Assembly (NCBI RefSeq): GCF_026210795.1
Contig: NC_089435.1
Coordinates: 4,898,001 to 4,962,000, forward strand
Direction of reading: 5' to 3'
From: Rhizophagus irregularis
Lineage: Eukaryota
DNA: 64,000 bases
Within the stretch, counting starts at the first letter, position 1, and every line of letters starts with the position of its first letter. A program made the position numbers and the translations under genes. Under the pieces are notes generated by a model. The model saw only the letters and a program-made list of their open reading frames with translations. It was not told the DNA's origin and did no database searches. Shown in pieces: positions 28,687 to 42,524 of this stretch.

Positions 28687-29101
28687 TAGGGATGGGGTCG
28701 GTTCGATTACGTAATTTTGAGCAGTTTTTGGAACCGATCAAAATCTCGTGAGTTTCGAACTTATATGAGCCAAAAATCTTATTGGGAATAGAGAAACACT
28801 AATATTTTTACAATAAATAAAAAAAAAGAAAATTTATAAGTCAAAACAATTTTTAATAGCTTTTAAAAATTGAACCGAACCGGTTCCGAACCGGTTCTAA
28901 AAACCGGTTCAAAATATGATCAACATCAAAATTATGATGATCATGAACCAACTATTGATTGTTAACCAATCAAAATTTTTTTAATTCATAATCAATATAT
29001 GTTCGACTTGTGTCTTTAATTTGACACATGTAGCTCATATTTTTCTTAATGGGAACCGACGTGGAACCGAAATGGAACCGAACGAACCGTCCCCATCCCT
29101 A
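28687..29101. mobile_element. hAT-type MITE (415 bp)
   Basis: 8-bp TSD tatagaac; TIR tagggatgggg(t/a)cggttcg (19 bp, 1 mismatch); internal gaaccg/cggttc repeats. Confidence 0.92.
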
Positions 29102-29512
29102 TATAGAACGGGATTGAGTCAAGACAACAAGTTTATCATTCATAAAAGAAGACTCCTTTAATATAGGTGTTTGTTGTGTAGGATATTTGATATGAAATTT
29201 ATTAAGCAATCCCAAAATTTTTAATAGCCAGCATTAATGGAATTACTTAATATAAAAGTACGCAACACCGATCATTGCTCATTACATAATTAGGATCATA
29301 TGATAACCTTTATACATGCTTTTTTTTCTGCCAGTCAAAATTTGATGCAAGGTAAGCATTGTAAATATAAATATAACGTGTTTATGATTTTATGCGTGAT
29401 AATAATTTGTTTTTAATTCTTGCTGATAAAAAGATTTTTTGAGAAAGTGGGCGTTGATAAATTACCATTATATCAACAGTGGAACTTATATACGAAAACG
29501 TGTTATCATATA

Positions 29513-29692
29513 CAGTCATCCTCCCATATAATCGCACCCTTCGGGACCAAAAAAAAATGGTGTGACTATAAAAATTATATATGATATGATTAAAGGGAAG
29601 GTTTTTTTAATAATAGTAACTTGGGATTAATGTAAATGTGCTTATAAGGGAGTTGTGATTATACAGGGGGTGACTATATGGGGGGACGACTC
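29513..29692. mobile_element. pogo/Tc1-mariner-type MITE (180 bp)
   Basis: TA[cagtcatcctcccatataatcgcaccc...gggtgactatatggggggacgactc]TA with imperfect TIRs. Confidence 0.75.
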
Positions 29693-32120
29693 TATATAAA
29701 TATATTTGTCAATATTTTCTTTCCTTAAATTTCTTAAAAAATAATCACGTTTTTTTACATTTATTGTATTAATTGATTAGAAAAAAATTTTTTCTTTTAG
29801 AAGTTTTGAAAGAGCAAATCTGTTCCAACAAAAACTTAAGATCGAATATTATTGCCAAACCCGTCTTCAAATACTTTTGGATTTTAATGATTCATTCAAT
29901 ATTAATAACTTTTAGTTGAACCTAATTTATAAGTTATTTTATTTCTTATAGTATTCTTTTGAGTATTGTTTATATTTATCTATTTCATAAAATAAATAAC
30001 GTCCTTGTAGTAAAATTTGTTTCCAAACTATAGATACTTTTTCAGTATATCCATTCAATGTACATTCAAATTTTGTCAGATTTTCCGAAATATCTCGGCA
30101 TATTTACAGTAGTAGATTTTATACATGCCAGAAATTTAATAAATTTAATTAATCTTAAATGAATTAATATTTTTAATTCTCTTGAGAATTCTCAAATTTA
30201 TGTTTATACAGTATATAATATTTGTCTAAGATTGGGCATTGTCATAATCGGGTAAAATTTAACGTTTCGTATACACAAACAACTATAATTGCAAAAACAT
30301 GATATCTGATATTCCATTTTGTAAAAATCATACCATATACTGTATGTAAAATTGCATAATTACTATTGTATCTTCCCATAAATAATAATGAATTTTTCTA
30401 AAAATTAGTAATCAGGTTACATCATTTATAAAGTGATGTTTTAAAAATAAGTTGGTTTACACGGTATTTATAGTAAATTAATATATTTACTGTATATATA
30501 TAGTATACGCTGTGTTCTGATTCTGGAGCTTTTATTAGAAGTTGTTGCGATCCTATTTATAGTTAAAGTTCTTTAAAGTTTAAAAAAAAAATATCAATTA
30601 ATAAAAATCTAATTTGGAATTGAAAGGAATACTGTAGCATTTTAAGATAATTTCTTCCCTCGGAATTCAAATTTCTCGTAATGTAAGCCTTTTTTGGAAG
30701 ATCATTTCGGGATTGAACCGAAATCTACGCCATTTTGCTTTTATTGTTGTTAATAAACTGCGGTAAAAGATGCAAATGTTTATGAATTAACCCAAAAAAG
30801 TAATAAAGTTAATACTGCTGTATGATAAAGATTGAGAAGGTAAAGAAAAGAAAGAATGGACAAAAAGAACTTGGTCTCTGCTTTTTGTTTCAGGCTTTCA
30901 GCTGATAATAATTTGCGTAAAAGAAATAACGATATATATCTGATATAGTTATCAATAAGAGCTAAATTCACGAAAATGGGATTTACACAAAGAAACGCAA
31001 TTAATTATTATTACTAATTATTAATAGGTTTCATTTAACTCTCTTTTAGGAAATTATTTAAATAATGATGATGCTTTTAATTTGGAGGATTATAATACAT
31101 ATCTCAAGAAAAGGATGTTGAGATTTTACAATCATCCCGTGATACAAAATTAAGCATTCTTATTGGTCGAAATTAAAAATTGAATATTATTGGTCATCAA
31201 AAAAATCTTATCTGGGGCGCTTCCTTATGAAACTAATACTATAGATAATATATGTCACTGCCATTATTATTTTACATTTATAAATTAGATACATAATATA
31301 TTATTTAAGTTCATTAAGGATATCAATAAATTTGATGTAATCAAAGTACAGGAATTCTAGCAATGATTGCAAATAAGAAAAGTAATGTGTAACGTTTAAT
31401 CGCACGCCACGCACGTCATGTCTCCTTAATATCCAAGTAGGGAAATTAAAATTTATTTCTATAAAATCTCAGAACTCACTCACATGAAATATATACTGAT
31501 TTTTATTCCAATTAATCCTTTTTACACAAATATAACATTTCATTTAAAGGGGAGATTCTTTCATCAATTCATGATTGATTATAAAAAAATCCATCATTAA
31601 CATGTGAAATGATTGTAATTTTAATTATTTCAACCATTTTTACCTGGAAATCGAGAAAAAATAATGAATACTTTACAGTACAGTATAAGTAATAGTATCT
31701 AATCGTGTATAATATAAAAAAGAATCTCTTCATTATATTTTTTAAAGTTATACAGCATACTACTATATTTTTACATTATGATAAATAATTTTATTACAAT
31801 ACCTTTTTCTTTATTAATAATCTGTTATGTATTCTGGAATGTTCTTTGCACAGAAATATTTCCGATTTATGGTCTTTGTGGTTAAATATTCCGATCATTC
31901 TAATAATGGTATGCACAAATCGACCCAGTTCGTGCGACAATAAATAGTTATAAATTGTTATTCATCGAGGAAGTAGGTTGAGATATTCTAAAAGATTTAA
32001 ATGTTCAATAACGAATGTTTTTCTGCTTTGTTATTTATCGTTTTCAAAGTAATATAGAATTTCTATATATCAAAAAAAAAAATAAATCAATAAATAAATA
32101 AAATTATAAAAAAGAAAAAG

Positions 32121-32324
32121 ATGGACCAACCATCAGTCACTTATTCCATTAATGACACCGATAACTCATCATCATATCGTAAACGACGAATCCAACGACA
32201 ACTAAGAAGCAATACATTTAGATTAAATCCTATTATTAGACAAATTAGACAATTACCAACACAAAACATAAATAACATTAATTCATTCGAAAACCAATTC
32301 TTTAATGGAGCTAGTTTTCCTTAA
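32121..32324 (+). CDS. Arg-rich small ORF family, copy 2 (67 aa)
   Basis: ORF track; homologous to 26588 and 50441 with start and stop kept in frame. Confidence 0.55.
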   Translation: MDQPSVTYSINDTDNSSSYRKRRIQRQLRSNTFRLNPIIRQIRQLPTQNINNINSFENQFFNGASFP

Positions 32325-34646
32325 AATTGTTCACTTATTAAATAATTATACTTAGTTCCTACCATTCGCGCGCTTTAGTAGTATTTACATTTCGATATCG
32401 ATATCGTTCCTTCGCATCATTCGAAATCTTATTCAAATTTCGTAAATCCGTATATTTAATTTAGATAGCAAAATCCGTTTAACGACAAAGCTCGGATATT
32501 TCAAATTCATTGGCGTCCTATAAAAAATACTCATGGTTAATTCAAACGGCAAATGTACAACCATCCGAATACAAATTTATCTATTACTTACCCTTTCACA
32601 TCTCAAAAAAAAAAAAATTTAAGATCTTTTATTTTAAGATTAAACCTAACAAACATAAATTATTATTTTTTTTAATTATAAGTCTTATATATCAATTAAT
32701 AATTGTTTTGAATAGAGGAAAAAAAGTAAGAATCAAAGAAAATTTTATGCAAAATTAAATTAAATTTAACTGAATTAATAAAAATACCGTATATCACGGG
32801 CCATAGTACCTGGGTCGGTTGACGCTGTGTACGAAATTTTTTATTTATAAATGAAGGGTTTTAAAAACTTGTAGTATATTAAAAAAATATTTAAATGTGT
32901 CGCCTGGGTAAAATTAGATTGTTTAAATAGTATAATCAAAAGAAATGGAAGAAAAAAAGTGGGGGATACTATACATCAATTGAATTTATACAATTTACGA
33001 TTGAATTTAATAGAATACTTTTAAGGAAATATTCATGTGATGAAAATCGTTGTGTTACATATAGGAGGGGTTAAATCCCCCTATTATCATTGTTGTCGAT
33101 AAAAAAGGGAAAATTTGATTTTTTTTTATTATGAATGATGAAAACAGTTCACACAATGAAAAATGAAATGGACCTGGACGACTTTATTTGAAAAGTATTT
33201 ATTATTATTAGTGCAAAATTTTTTTGGTATCATATATTATACATTAATATTTATTCTAATATATAATATATAAAAATGAAGTTTTAAATGAAGTTTTAAA
33301 TACAAAAATATTTACAATAAATTTACATGGAATCGGTAGAAGAGTTTTCTTTTTCTTGAGTACGCCTCCTGCTTCTTGAGAGAGTCATTCTTTATACACA
33401 AAAAGATGATCAAGGTGACCAGATAATTCTCGCACAGCCACAGGCCCAACTTCATTTTCTAGTTTCCAAGTTTTTTTCTGTAAAATTGAGAAATTTTTAA
33501 TTTGTTTGACAAATTAACGGATATTTTTTTTACGGGAAAAGTAAAACCTTTTTACTTTTTGCAGTATGATTTTATATAAATTACTTAAATTTTAGACTTG
33601 TTATATAACATTAAGATATAATTAAACATTAAAATTTCCAGTCTTAATAAATTTTTTATTGTTTAAATAAATTTATTTATTACATTAAAAAGTATGTAAT
33701 CATAAAATCTCATATTGTTTAGACTCAAACTCATGGAAAAACTTCGAGATAATTTTACAATATATAATTAATTTCACATAAATCAAATAAGTATAAATTT
33801 TCATAATATTTATAATTCATTATACAATATGTTAAAAATTAGGTAAATAGTTTAAAGGAACGAAATCTCAGGAATGATTTATGAGGTTGTATTATATTCG
33901 AGGTTCATCATTAAACAGGTTATAAATTAGGAATTGAAGATAACAATTTCGAATTATGTGAATTGAACGTATATCTGTAATGTGTGACAAAGGCTCGCTG
34001 GTATTACAGAAAGGAGTATGGTCAGGTCGGCGTGGTAAGTAGAGTATGGTGATATTTAGCCGTGTGAAACATAAACGGTGTGAACCATACAATAGCATCT
34101 CGCCCACTCTGAATCACGTGTTTGGCCCGTCGTGTTATTAGTCCGGAGCGTAGCAAAGGACTCTATATGTTCTAGCCGTGGTGGTACAAAATATCCCATT
34201 GTCCGTCCGCTTGTTCTTTGAGTCAACGTTTAATTGGTTCTTATATTACATGAAATTATCTCGATCGGTTAATTGAGCATGTGGTTATCTACCTAAGCTC
34301 CGGACTACGTAATGGTTTACCGTTTCCCTAGTTTATCACTTAACTGATATATATATACTGTATATATATTATACAACGCGTCTTTTGACACTTAAATTGC
34401 ATTATACTTAATGTAAACTTATAAAAAAACTCTTATACAAAAATAAAATGGAATATATAACTAGTGAATTTAACTATTGTAAAGGGTGCCAGAAGCGTTT
34501 GCCTATTAACAATCTTCGATGTGACAAATCGTAACTTAGTATGGTAAGTCTCAAAAAACAGAAGTCTGAAAATAATTGTTACGATTTAATAGTAAAGCTT
34601 GTGATCAACGCTTAAACCCAAATAATAATATGCAGTGTAATATCGT

Positions 34647-34684
34647 CCTATTAAAAAATGTAAATGTATAAAATTTTTACAGGG
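34647..34684. mobile_element. 38-bp minimal remnant of the CCCT(A/G)-ended family
   Basis: tatCGT[cctattaaaaaa...tttttacaggg]CGTgttaa. The empty site tatcgtgttaa occurs at ~11436, ~23397, ~39504 and ~45226. Confidence 0.75.
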
Positions 34685-34821
34685 CGTGTTAACATGCAAT
34701 GAAAAATTCCAATAAATATTTCTTGAAATTATGAATTTTTTCGCCTATGAGAGTCTTGCTTGCAATTACATAAGTTATAATTAATAATAAATTAAATAGT
34801 GTAGGAATCAGTTCTTTTAGG

Positions 34822-35281
34822 GGTCTGGTTCACATTACCGACAATCATATTACCGACAATCATTTTACCGACAAATAATAATATAATTTTTTATTAATTG
34901 AAATAATATACAGTACATTATTATATTCAATTAGTTACAAAAAAAGCAAATTATATAAACTAAATTAAGAAAATTTTTAAGAACAATTCTAAGTACAATA
35001 TATTATGAAGCTGAAATAAATTTTTTAAAAAATAAAATTGATAAAATTCAAGTTATTTTATTATATATGAATATCGTAGTATTTTACATTTGTTATATAT
35101 TAATCAATTTTTTATTTATATATAATATATTATGGTAAATTCTTTTATACTAAATATGTATTATAATTTTCATACTGAAGTGGGTAGTGAAATAGTAATA
35201 AATACTGTAAGTGTTGATGGTAAAATGAGTGTCGGTAAAATGATTGTCAGTAATATGATTGTCGGTAATGTGAACGGGTCC
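34822..35281. mobile_element. Mutator-like MITE (460 bp)
   Basis: 9-bp TSD tcttttagg; ~50-bp TIRs with tandem ttaccgacaatcat subrepeats mirrored as tgtcggtaa. Confidence 0.88.
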
Positions 35282-36565
35282 TCTTTTAGGAGGGTTTTTA
35301 ATGGGTAATACAAAATAATGAAATATCTTTTCGTAGTGCTTTTATTTGTTTTTTAGGGGTAATTGCGAATTACTGTTTTGGGGATTTTTTAAAATCTATA
35401 TCATTTAAGGAAATTTCAGTAAATAAACATTAAAAATAAATTTTTTATTACATAATTAAAATTTGAAGTAGTAGGATTACTAATATCTGGATATTAAGTT
35501 TATCCACTAAACTTTAAAAAAAATTTTTATTAAACTGAAAATTAGGGGTTGCTTTTTTTATTCTCTGCACCATGTGCTACAGATTTTTATATAGGATTCG
35601 GAGTGGCGCATCATTTGCCATTGATTAGCTTAATTCTCAAGATTTGAATTAAAAACATCATAAACCGTTTTATGGAACAAAATGTACTATCGTGATTGAT
35701 GATTCGAGATCCAAATAAAGCATTTTTTCTTTTAATTTCGTGAGTCAATAGAAATAATAGATCGCGGATTTGGATACTAGCTTTGGCTTAAATTTAATTT
35801 GCATATAATATCATACTACTAAAAATGCGATATTATAATAAATTATTGGTTGGAGTGAACCCCAAAAAGAGAGTGTAACTGTATGCGAGATAGAAATCGT
35901 CTTCTACAGATTGACATTAATTCGTGATTTTATAATGAGATTATTTCTGCATACATGTATTTAATATTGCTCGTTAATCTTTCTGTAATTAAATAATGTG
36001 AGACGAAGTTCCTTTTAATACCATGCAACTATGTCAAATTTCCTTAAAGTCGAGTTTCAGATATATTTCATAATTGCTAATATAATTTTTACAAAGTAAA
36101 ATCGAAAGTTAACGTTAAAAGAATTAAGGTCGAAATTTTACCAGTATTTTACCGGTAATTTTAATTTCTATTTGTTTTCTATACAAATAATCAGGCATAT
36201 TCATAGTACATATTATTATTTTCTTTCTAATAATCTCTAACTTATCTTAGCAATTTAACACAAGAATAGATATTATTGATAACGAAACTTTATTTTTTGA
36301 AGAAAATAATTAAAACTATTAGAGACATAGTACATAGCGTTAAAAATTAGGAACTAACCGAACTATCAATTTGTCCTAAGTTATAATAAAATTTTTCAGT
36401 ACAAAAATTCTTTTTTATATAAAATAATTTAAAAAAGAATGGAGTGAATTTCCTTTTTTTGGTAGAGACGAGAAGTACTGTATTGTTATTACATAATAAT
36501 CGAAGACTTTACATATATATAGAACTTTTTTTCATTTTTATCATAAGTTAATAATTGATTATTAA

Positions 36566-39094
36566 TTAATCTTGGTTTGTATTGTTTCTTGTGATGTTAA
36601 GATTATTTAAATTTTGGCCAATTTCATTTTTAACAGCTTGAAGGAGTTCATTTTTTAAATTTTGACCAATTTCATTTTTAACAGCTTGAAGAATTTCATC
36701 TTTTAAAATTTGTGATGATATCCTATTATTATTAGGTGTTGAAATTACTTCTTGCCCATAATTATAATTATTAGTATTAACAATTGCAGGAGCTGGAATT
36801 GTTGGTTCGTGATCACTAGTATTTTCATTTTGAAGCGTTTGCATAATTTCTTGCCCATGATGATCATTGACTGGAATTATTATTAGTTCATGGTTGGTTG
36901 TATTTTCATTTTCGGGTGTTAGAATAATTTCTTGCTTATGATAGTTATTCTTATTAATTATTGGAGGTGGAATTATTATTGGATAATTGGACGTACTTTC
37001 ATTTCTAGGTATTTGATCAATTTGAATAGTTTCTTGCTCATTATTATTGATATCTTGTTCATAATTATGAATATCCCTTACGATAGGAAACTCCTTTTCT
37101 TCTTGACTGTAATCATTATTATTATCGTTTTCATGAATAGTTTTTTGTTTATTTTTTTTCCATTTATATATCAAGAAACTTCCAACTGATAAAAAAACAC
37201 CACCCAATGAAGATCCCACAACTACACAAGCTATATTGTCTGAAATATTATGTGGGTCTGACATATTATGTGGTGATGAAGAAGAATGTGAAGGCGAAGG
37301 TGAATGCGAAGGTGGTAGCGAAGGTGGTGGTAATGGTGGCAGTGTTGATGGTGGTGTTGGTGGTGGTGGCGATGGCATTTTTGGATCAAATTCTGTTGTC
37401 CATATATATTCATCATTATTACTAATATCAAGCAATAATATATCACTTTCATCTGTTTTATCATAACCAATTCCTATTAAATCAAATTGTTTTTGTTAAA
37501 ACTAGTTAACCTGATTAAGTAATAATTTAAGGAATATTATATTTACCAAATGATACAACCATATATTTTCCAATTACATTTGCTTGATGAAGAGCTCTAG
37601 GCTTTGGGATTTTTCCAGAAATTTTTGGAATATACCAATTATTATTAGCTAAATCTAATACGTAAAGTGTAGTATCTAAATATCCAGGATTTATAAAATA
37701 TCCTCCAAAAATTATAATTCTTTTACCATCTAAACCTGTTAAAATATAATGAAAATTTACTATTACTAATATTATTAATCTTTTAAAATAATCATAGCGT
37801 TCTTATTTGATTACATACCAAGAACAGCGGAAAAACCAGCTCTATTAGAAGGGATATTTCCTGATGTTACCTAAATTTAATAATTGAAATTAATTATTCA
37901 AACTGAATATAAAAATTTTCATCATAATAATTTGCATAACTTACCCTGTAAAAAAAAAATGTCCGGAAATTGTAGCTAAAAACATCCGGAAAATGTCCGT
38001 GTGTCCGGAAAACGTCCAGAAAATTGCAATATTCCGGACACTTTCTGGACGCTGGGTCTGAACCCTCCTAGACATTTTCTGGACATTTTCTGGAAAATGG
38101 AAATTTTCCAACGTCCGGAATATTGCAATATTCCGGACATATTCCAGACAAATAAACATTTTCCGGACGTTTTCAGCTACAATTTCCGGACATTCTTTTT
38201 TTATAGGGTTACTTTTGTATCCCAATTGTCATTAATCATATCATATATATAAATCTACAAATAATTTATCATAATTAATAGATTTATCTTTAAAAAAAAA
38301 TTTTATATTTACAAAATATACCTCACTTAATGTTAAAGTAGTTCCTTTAACAATATTCAAAGTATTAGAATTAAAAGAAGTAGTATCATAGTCATTACCG
38401 CCTAAACAATAAGTGTTCATTAATAAAATAACAGATATATTTAAATAAATATAATATGTCGCTTACCCATGTAAATAATTTTATTGTTAGGTAATAAAAT
38501 GGCCCCATAATCAGTTCTTGGAGTTGGAGCATTAATTATACTTCCTTTACTCCAATTAAGATTTATTGTATCTAAAATAAGCATGTCATTTACAAAATCA
38601 GTATTTGTGCACCCACCCCATAAATACATCCTTCCGTCGTTATTAATAATGCCTGTTAAACCCCGTTTTCTAATTGTATTAACTCCAGCTATTTTTGGAA
38701 TACTCCATACAATACTTTGTGAATCAAATGTATAAACCAATGACATTGTTTGATCTGTACTAGTTCCTCCGTATAAAAACAGAGTATAATTATTTGGACC
38801 ACCTTTAACTGATGCTGCAAAACCATGCGGCGGAACCATATTAATATTTGATAAATCTTGCCATGATAATTCTTGAGTATTAAATAGTACAGAAACGTCA
38901 AGATAAAAAAATTCTTTTATTACATTTCTGTTTAAATCCAACCCACCCAAAATATACAATTTATTATCAATAAGTGTAGCAGTATGACGACAATATACAT
39001 TTGGCTTAAAGGGTGTCATTTGACAATTTACTTCAACTAATACTTGTATTAGTATCCATAATATAATGAAGTAAACTGAAGAATTTCTTGACAT
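36566..39094 (-). CDS. Kelch-repeat type I membrane protein, copy 3; 6 exons, 632 aa if intron 3 still splices
   Basis: Exons 39094-38467, 38401-38322, 38254-38213, 37870-37819, 37735-37547, 37473-36566 join in frame. The intron-3 donor is changed from GTAAGT to GTAACC by a MITE. Confidence 0.8.
37944..38208. mobile_element. CACTA/CMC-like MITE (265 bp; CCCTG/CCCTA ends, 3-bp TSD TTA)
   Basis: ~50-bp TIRs and many tccgga subrepeats. The empty site ataacttacttttgtat is in copies 2 and 4. A near-identical copy lies at 58514. Confidence 0.95.
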
Positions 39095-39803
39095 GATCGT
39101 AATTTATTTAATACTAGTAGAAATGAATAATATTTAAAGAAAAAAATATTAATTCACTTTTTAAAAAAAGAATTTTACGGTATTTAAATTTTTAACGTTA
39201 CACTTATTAGCATTAAAAACATGGATGCATAGAACGGCGGGATCATAATATTCAAGTATTTTATTTTTCATTAATGCACACTCACATACCCTATGAAATT
39301 TATTAGCACAATCCACATGTATTGCATAAAATCATAAGAAAATAATAACAAATCCAATAATGTTAAAACGTTACCCAAATAATTATTAATTCTTTGACTT
39401 GAAAATACGCTGTGTAAAAAAAGATGTTCCAATAAAAAATAAATTGTTACAACAAGAATGATTTTAATTCTTTAAATTATACCTAAATAAATGTGCAGTG
39501 TATTATCGTGTTAAATTGCATTTGAAAAATTCAAAAATAGATGACTTAAATGCTGATTGAAAGTTAAGAATTTATCTTTCAAAAGAAAAAAAAAATTTTC
39601 TTGAAACTATGATGAATATTGATAAAAAAACAAATAGTATAATAATATATACATATATATCTTTCACTTTTTGCATAAAATTGGTTAAATATATAGATCC
39701 TTAACGGTAACAAGAGAATGGTTAAAATAATAGTTTCTATATTAAATTTCTATATCAAGTAATATTATAATGAATTGGATTCCGCATGTATTTATAATTA
39801 CAC

Positions 39804-39971
39804 AACTACCCCAGTCGCACCGACAAAAAATTTAGCGCAGGGCCGGCGTTACAGCATTATGCACGAACACGTGAAAATAAACAGTGAAACTCGGACGAGG
39901 GTGTGACGACGTGATAAATTAAAAATATGTCACGTGATCGCTAAATTTTTGTCGGTGTGACTGGACTAGTT
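39804..39971. mobile_element. MITE (168 bp) with 9-bp TSD taattacac
   Basis: aactaccccagtcgcaccgacaaaaaatttagcg / cgctaaatttttgtcggtgtgactggactagtt. Absent from the paralog at ~46355. Confidence 0.9.
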
Positions 39972-42524
39972 TAATTACACCTGATCGTATTAAAATATGC
40001 ATTTACACAATGTACCATTATTTTTAACAATTAATGGACATGATTCGTCAGGTTCTTAAGAACACTATAAATTTTAAGAATTAAAAATTTTGGCTTTATT
40101 CAGTTTAATCTGGCCAAGGAAATGTTGTCTATTATATGACTATTTTGATACAGCAGTAAACTAGTAAAGCAATAAGAAAACTTTTTCAACCATTTTCTTT
40201 TGCTTATTTTTTTCAAATATTTCATAAATATCTTTTATTTTAACGCTATTTTAATTATATAAAAAAAAATATTTTACTTATTTATTTATTACAGTATTTG
40301 TATTTATGACTTATAGTTAACAAGATTTTCTTTATGAATAAATGATTTTTTATTTTATTTTCATGTTAAAGTGTTAAAATGGAGTGTATTTACAAATTAT
40401 TAAAAAGAAAAATAAAAAATTTAAATCTAATTCAGCAAAAGATTTAGTATAGATGGTTTAATTTAAAAACCATTGTGTTTAACCAAATTTTCAATTAAAA
40501 AAAAACAATTTATAATACCAAAAAAGATCTAATAATACTATTTTAATAAATAAAAAAAAGATTTATTAGCGTTCTAATTAAAAAATTTTAACAAAATTTA
40601 TGAATAACAAAAATTCTGGTTGATTAATCAACCTTTTCAAGCTTAATAAAAGTTGTTTATTTCACAAAATTATACCTAAAAATTAAATGTTTACTGGTTA
40701 AAAAAAGCTCCCATTAAAGTATTATTGGAATAAAGAAATTCTTTTTTATTATAAAAATTGTTTGTTTGCAAAAACTACCTAACTAATTAACTTTTTTAAC
40801 TTAAGAGATCTTTTTCCCCTCATAAAATTACATATATTTTTATTATTTAAATTTTAAATTGTATTAAGCACCTACTTTTAAGTTCAATCTGGAGGAAAAT
40901 TACATTTTTGAGACGAGCTTTCTTGTATATGCAAAAAGAAAAAAAAAAATATTGAAATGATGATGACGCTTTTTATTTTTATTAGAAATTTCTCATTTTA
41001 ACCAGGGTAGGTAGCAAGTAAGTAACGGAAATTGGTCAAGTAAGTAACGTAAAGTTACTAATTTAGGTCAATTTCCGTTACTCCTATATATAAGGTACGG
41101 AACGTAAAGTTAATTATAGGCGAATTACTGTTTTGGGGATTTTTTAAAATCTATATCATTTAAGGGGGTCCCCCATTTAAGGAAATTTCAGTAAATAAAC
41201 AATAAAAATAAATTTTTTATTACATAATTAAAAAATTTTATCAGGGTACAATCACGTGTAGAAAAAATTTTATTTATAAGTGGTTAATATTAAATTTGAA
41301 GTAGTAGGATTACTAATATCTGGATATCACTAAACTTTAAAAAAAATTTTATTAAACTGAAAATTAGGGGTTGCTTTTTTTATACTACGATAATAAAAAA
41401 AAGCTTTGTGCGACCGTGACGTTAAGACTACCCTGCATAAAAAGGTGGATTTAAATTAAATCATCCAGCATCATGTGTCTGCGCCATTTGCTACAGATTT
41501 TTATATAAATTATATAGGATTCGGAGTGGCGCATCATTTGCCATTGATTAGCTTAATTCTCGAGATTTGAATTTAAAACATCATAAACCGTTTTACGGAA
41601 CAAAAAGTACTATCGTGATTGAGATCCAAATAAAGCATTTTTTCTTTTAATCTCGTGAGTCAATAGAAATAATAGATCGCGGATTTGGATACTAGCTTTG
41701 GCTTAAATTTAATTTGCATATAATATACTACTAAAATGCGATATTGCTAATAATCGATAATAAATTATTGGTTGGAGTGAACCCAAAAAGAGAGTGTAAC
41801 TGTATGCGAGATAGAAATCGTCTTCTACATATTGACATTAATTCGTGATTATAATGAGATTATTTCTGCATACATGTATTTAATTTTGCTTGTTAATCTT
41901 TCTGTAATTAAATAATGTGAGACGAAGTTTCTTTTAATACCATACAATTATGTTTCAAATTCCCTTAAAGTCGAGTTTCAGATATATTTCATAATTGCTA
42001 ATATAATTTTTATAAAGTAAAATCGAAAGTTAACGTTAAAAGAATTAAGGTCGAAAATCCTATAATTCCGTCGGAATAATCAGATAAAATTTTACCAGTA
42101 TTTTACCGGTAATTTTAATTTCTATTTGTTTATCATGCAAATAACCAGGCATATTCATAGTACGTATTATTATTTTCTTTCTAATAATCTCTAACTTATC
42201 TTAGCATTTTAACACATGAATAGATATTATTGATAACGAAACTTTATTTTTTGAAGAAAATAATTAAAACTATTAGAGACATAGTAGTACATAGCATAAA
42301 AAATTAGGAACTAACCGAACTATCAATTTGGCCTAAGATATAATAAAATTTTTCAGTACAAAAACTCTTTTTTATATAAAATAATTTAAAAAAGAATGGA
42401 GTGAATTTCCTTTTTTTGGTAGAAACGAGAAGTACTGTGTTGTTATTACATAATAATCGAAGACTTTATATACTATATAGAACTCTTTTTTCATTTTTAT
42501 CATAAATTAATAATTGATTATTAA

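Noticed and set aside
33330..33480. Minus-strand coding-like fragment in a ~320-bp segment missing from the 51640 paralog
   Set aside because: Contains stops and no identifiable motif.
34139..34307. 15-bp inverted repeat tagtccggagc.tag in a GC-rich stretch absent from the 28340 paralog
   Set aside because: Probably TE-derived, but there is no matching TSD and the ends could not be fixed.
37941..38252. ORFs across the MITE, and the equivalents at 58406-58789
   Set aside because: Products of tccgga subrepeats in a non-autonomous element; a 1-bp indel between the two copies changes the frame.
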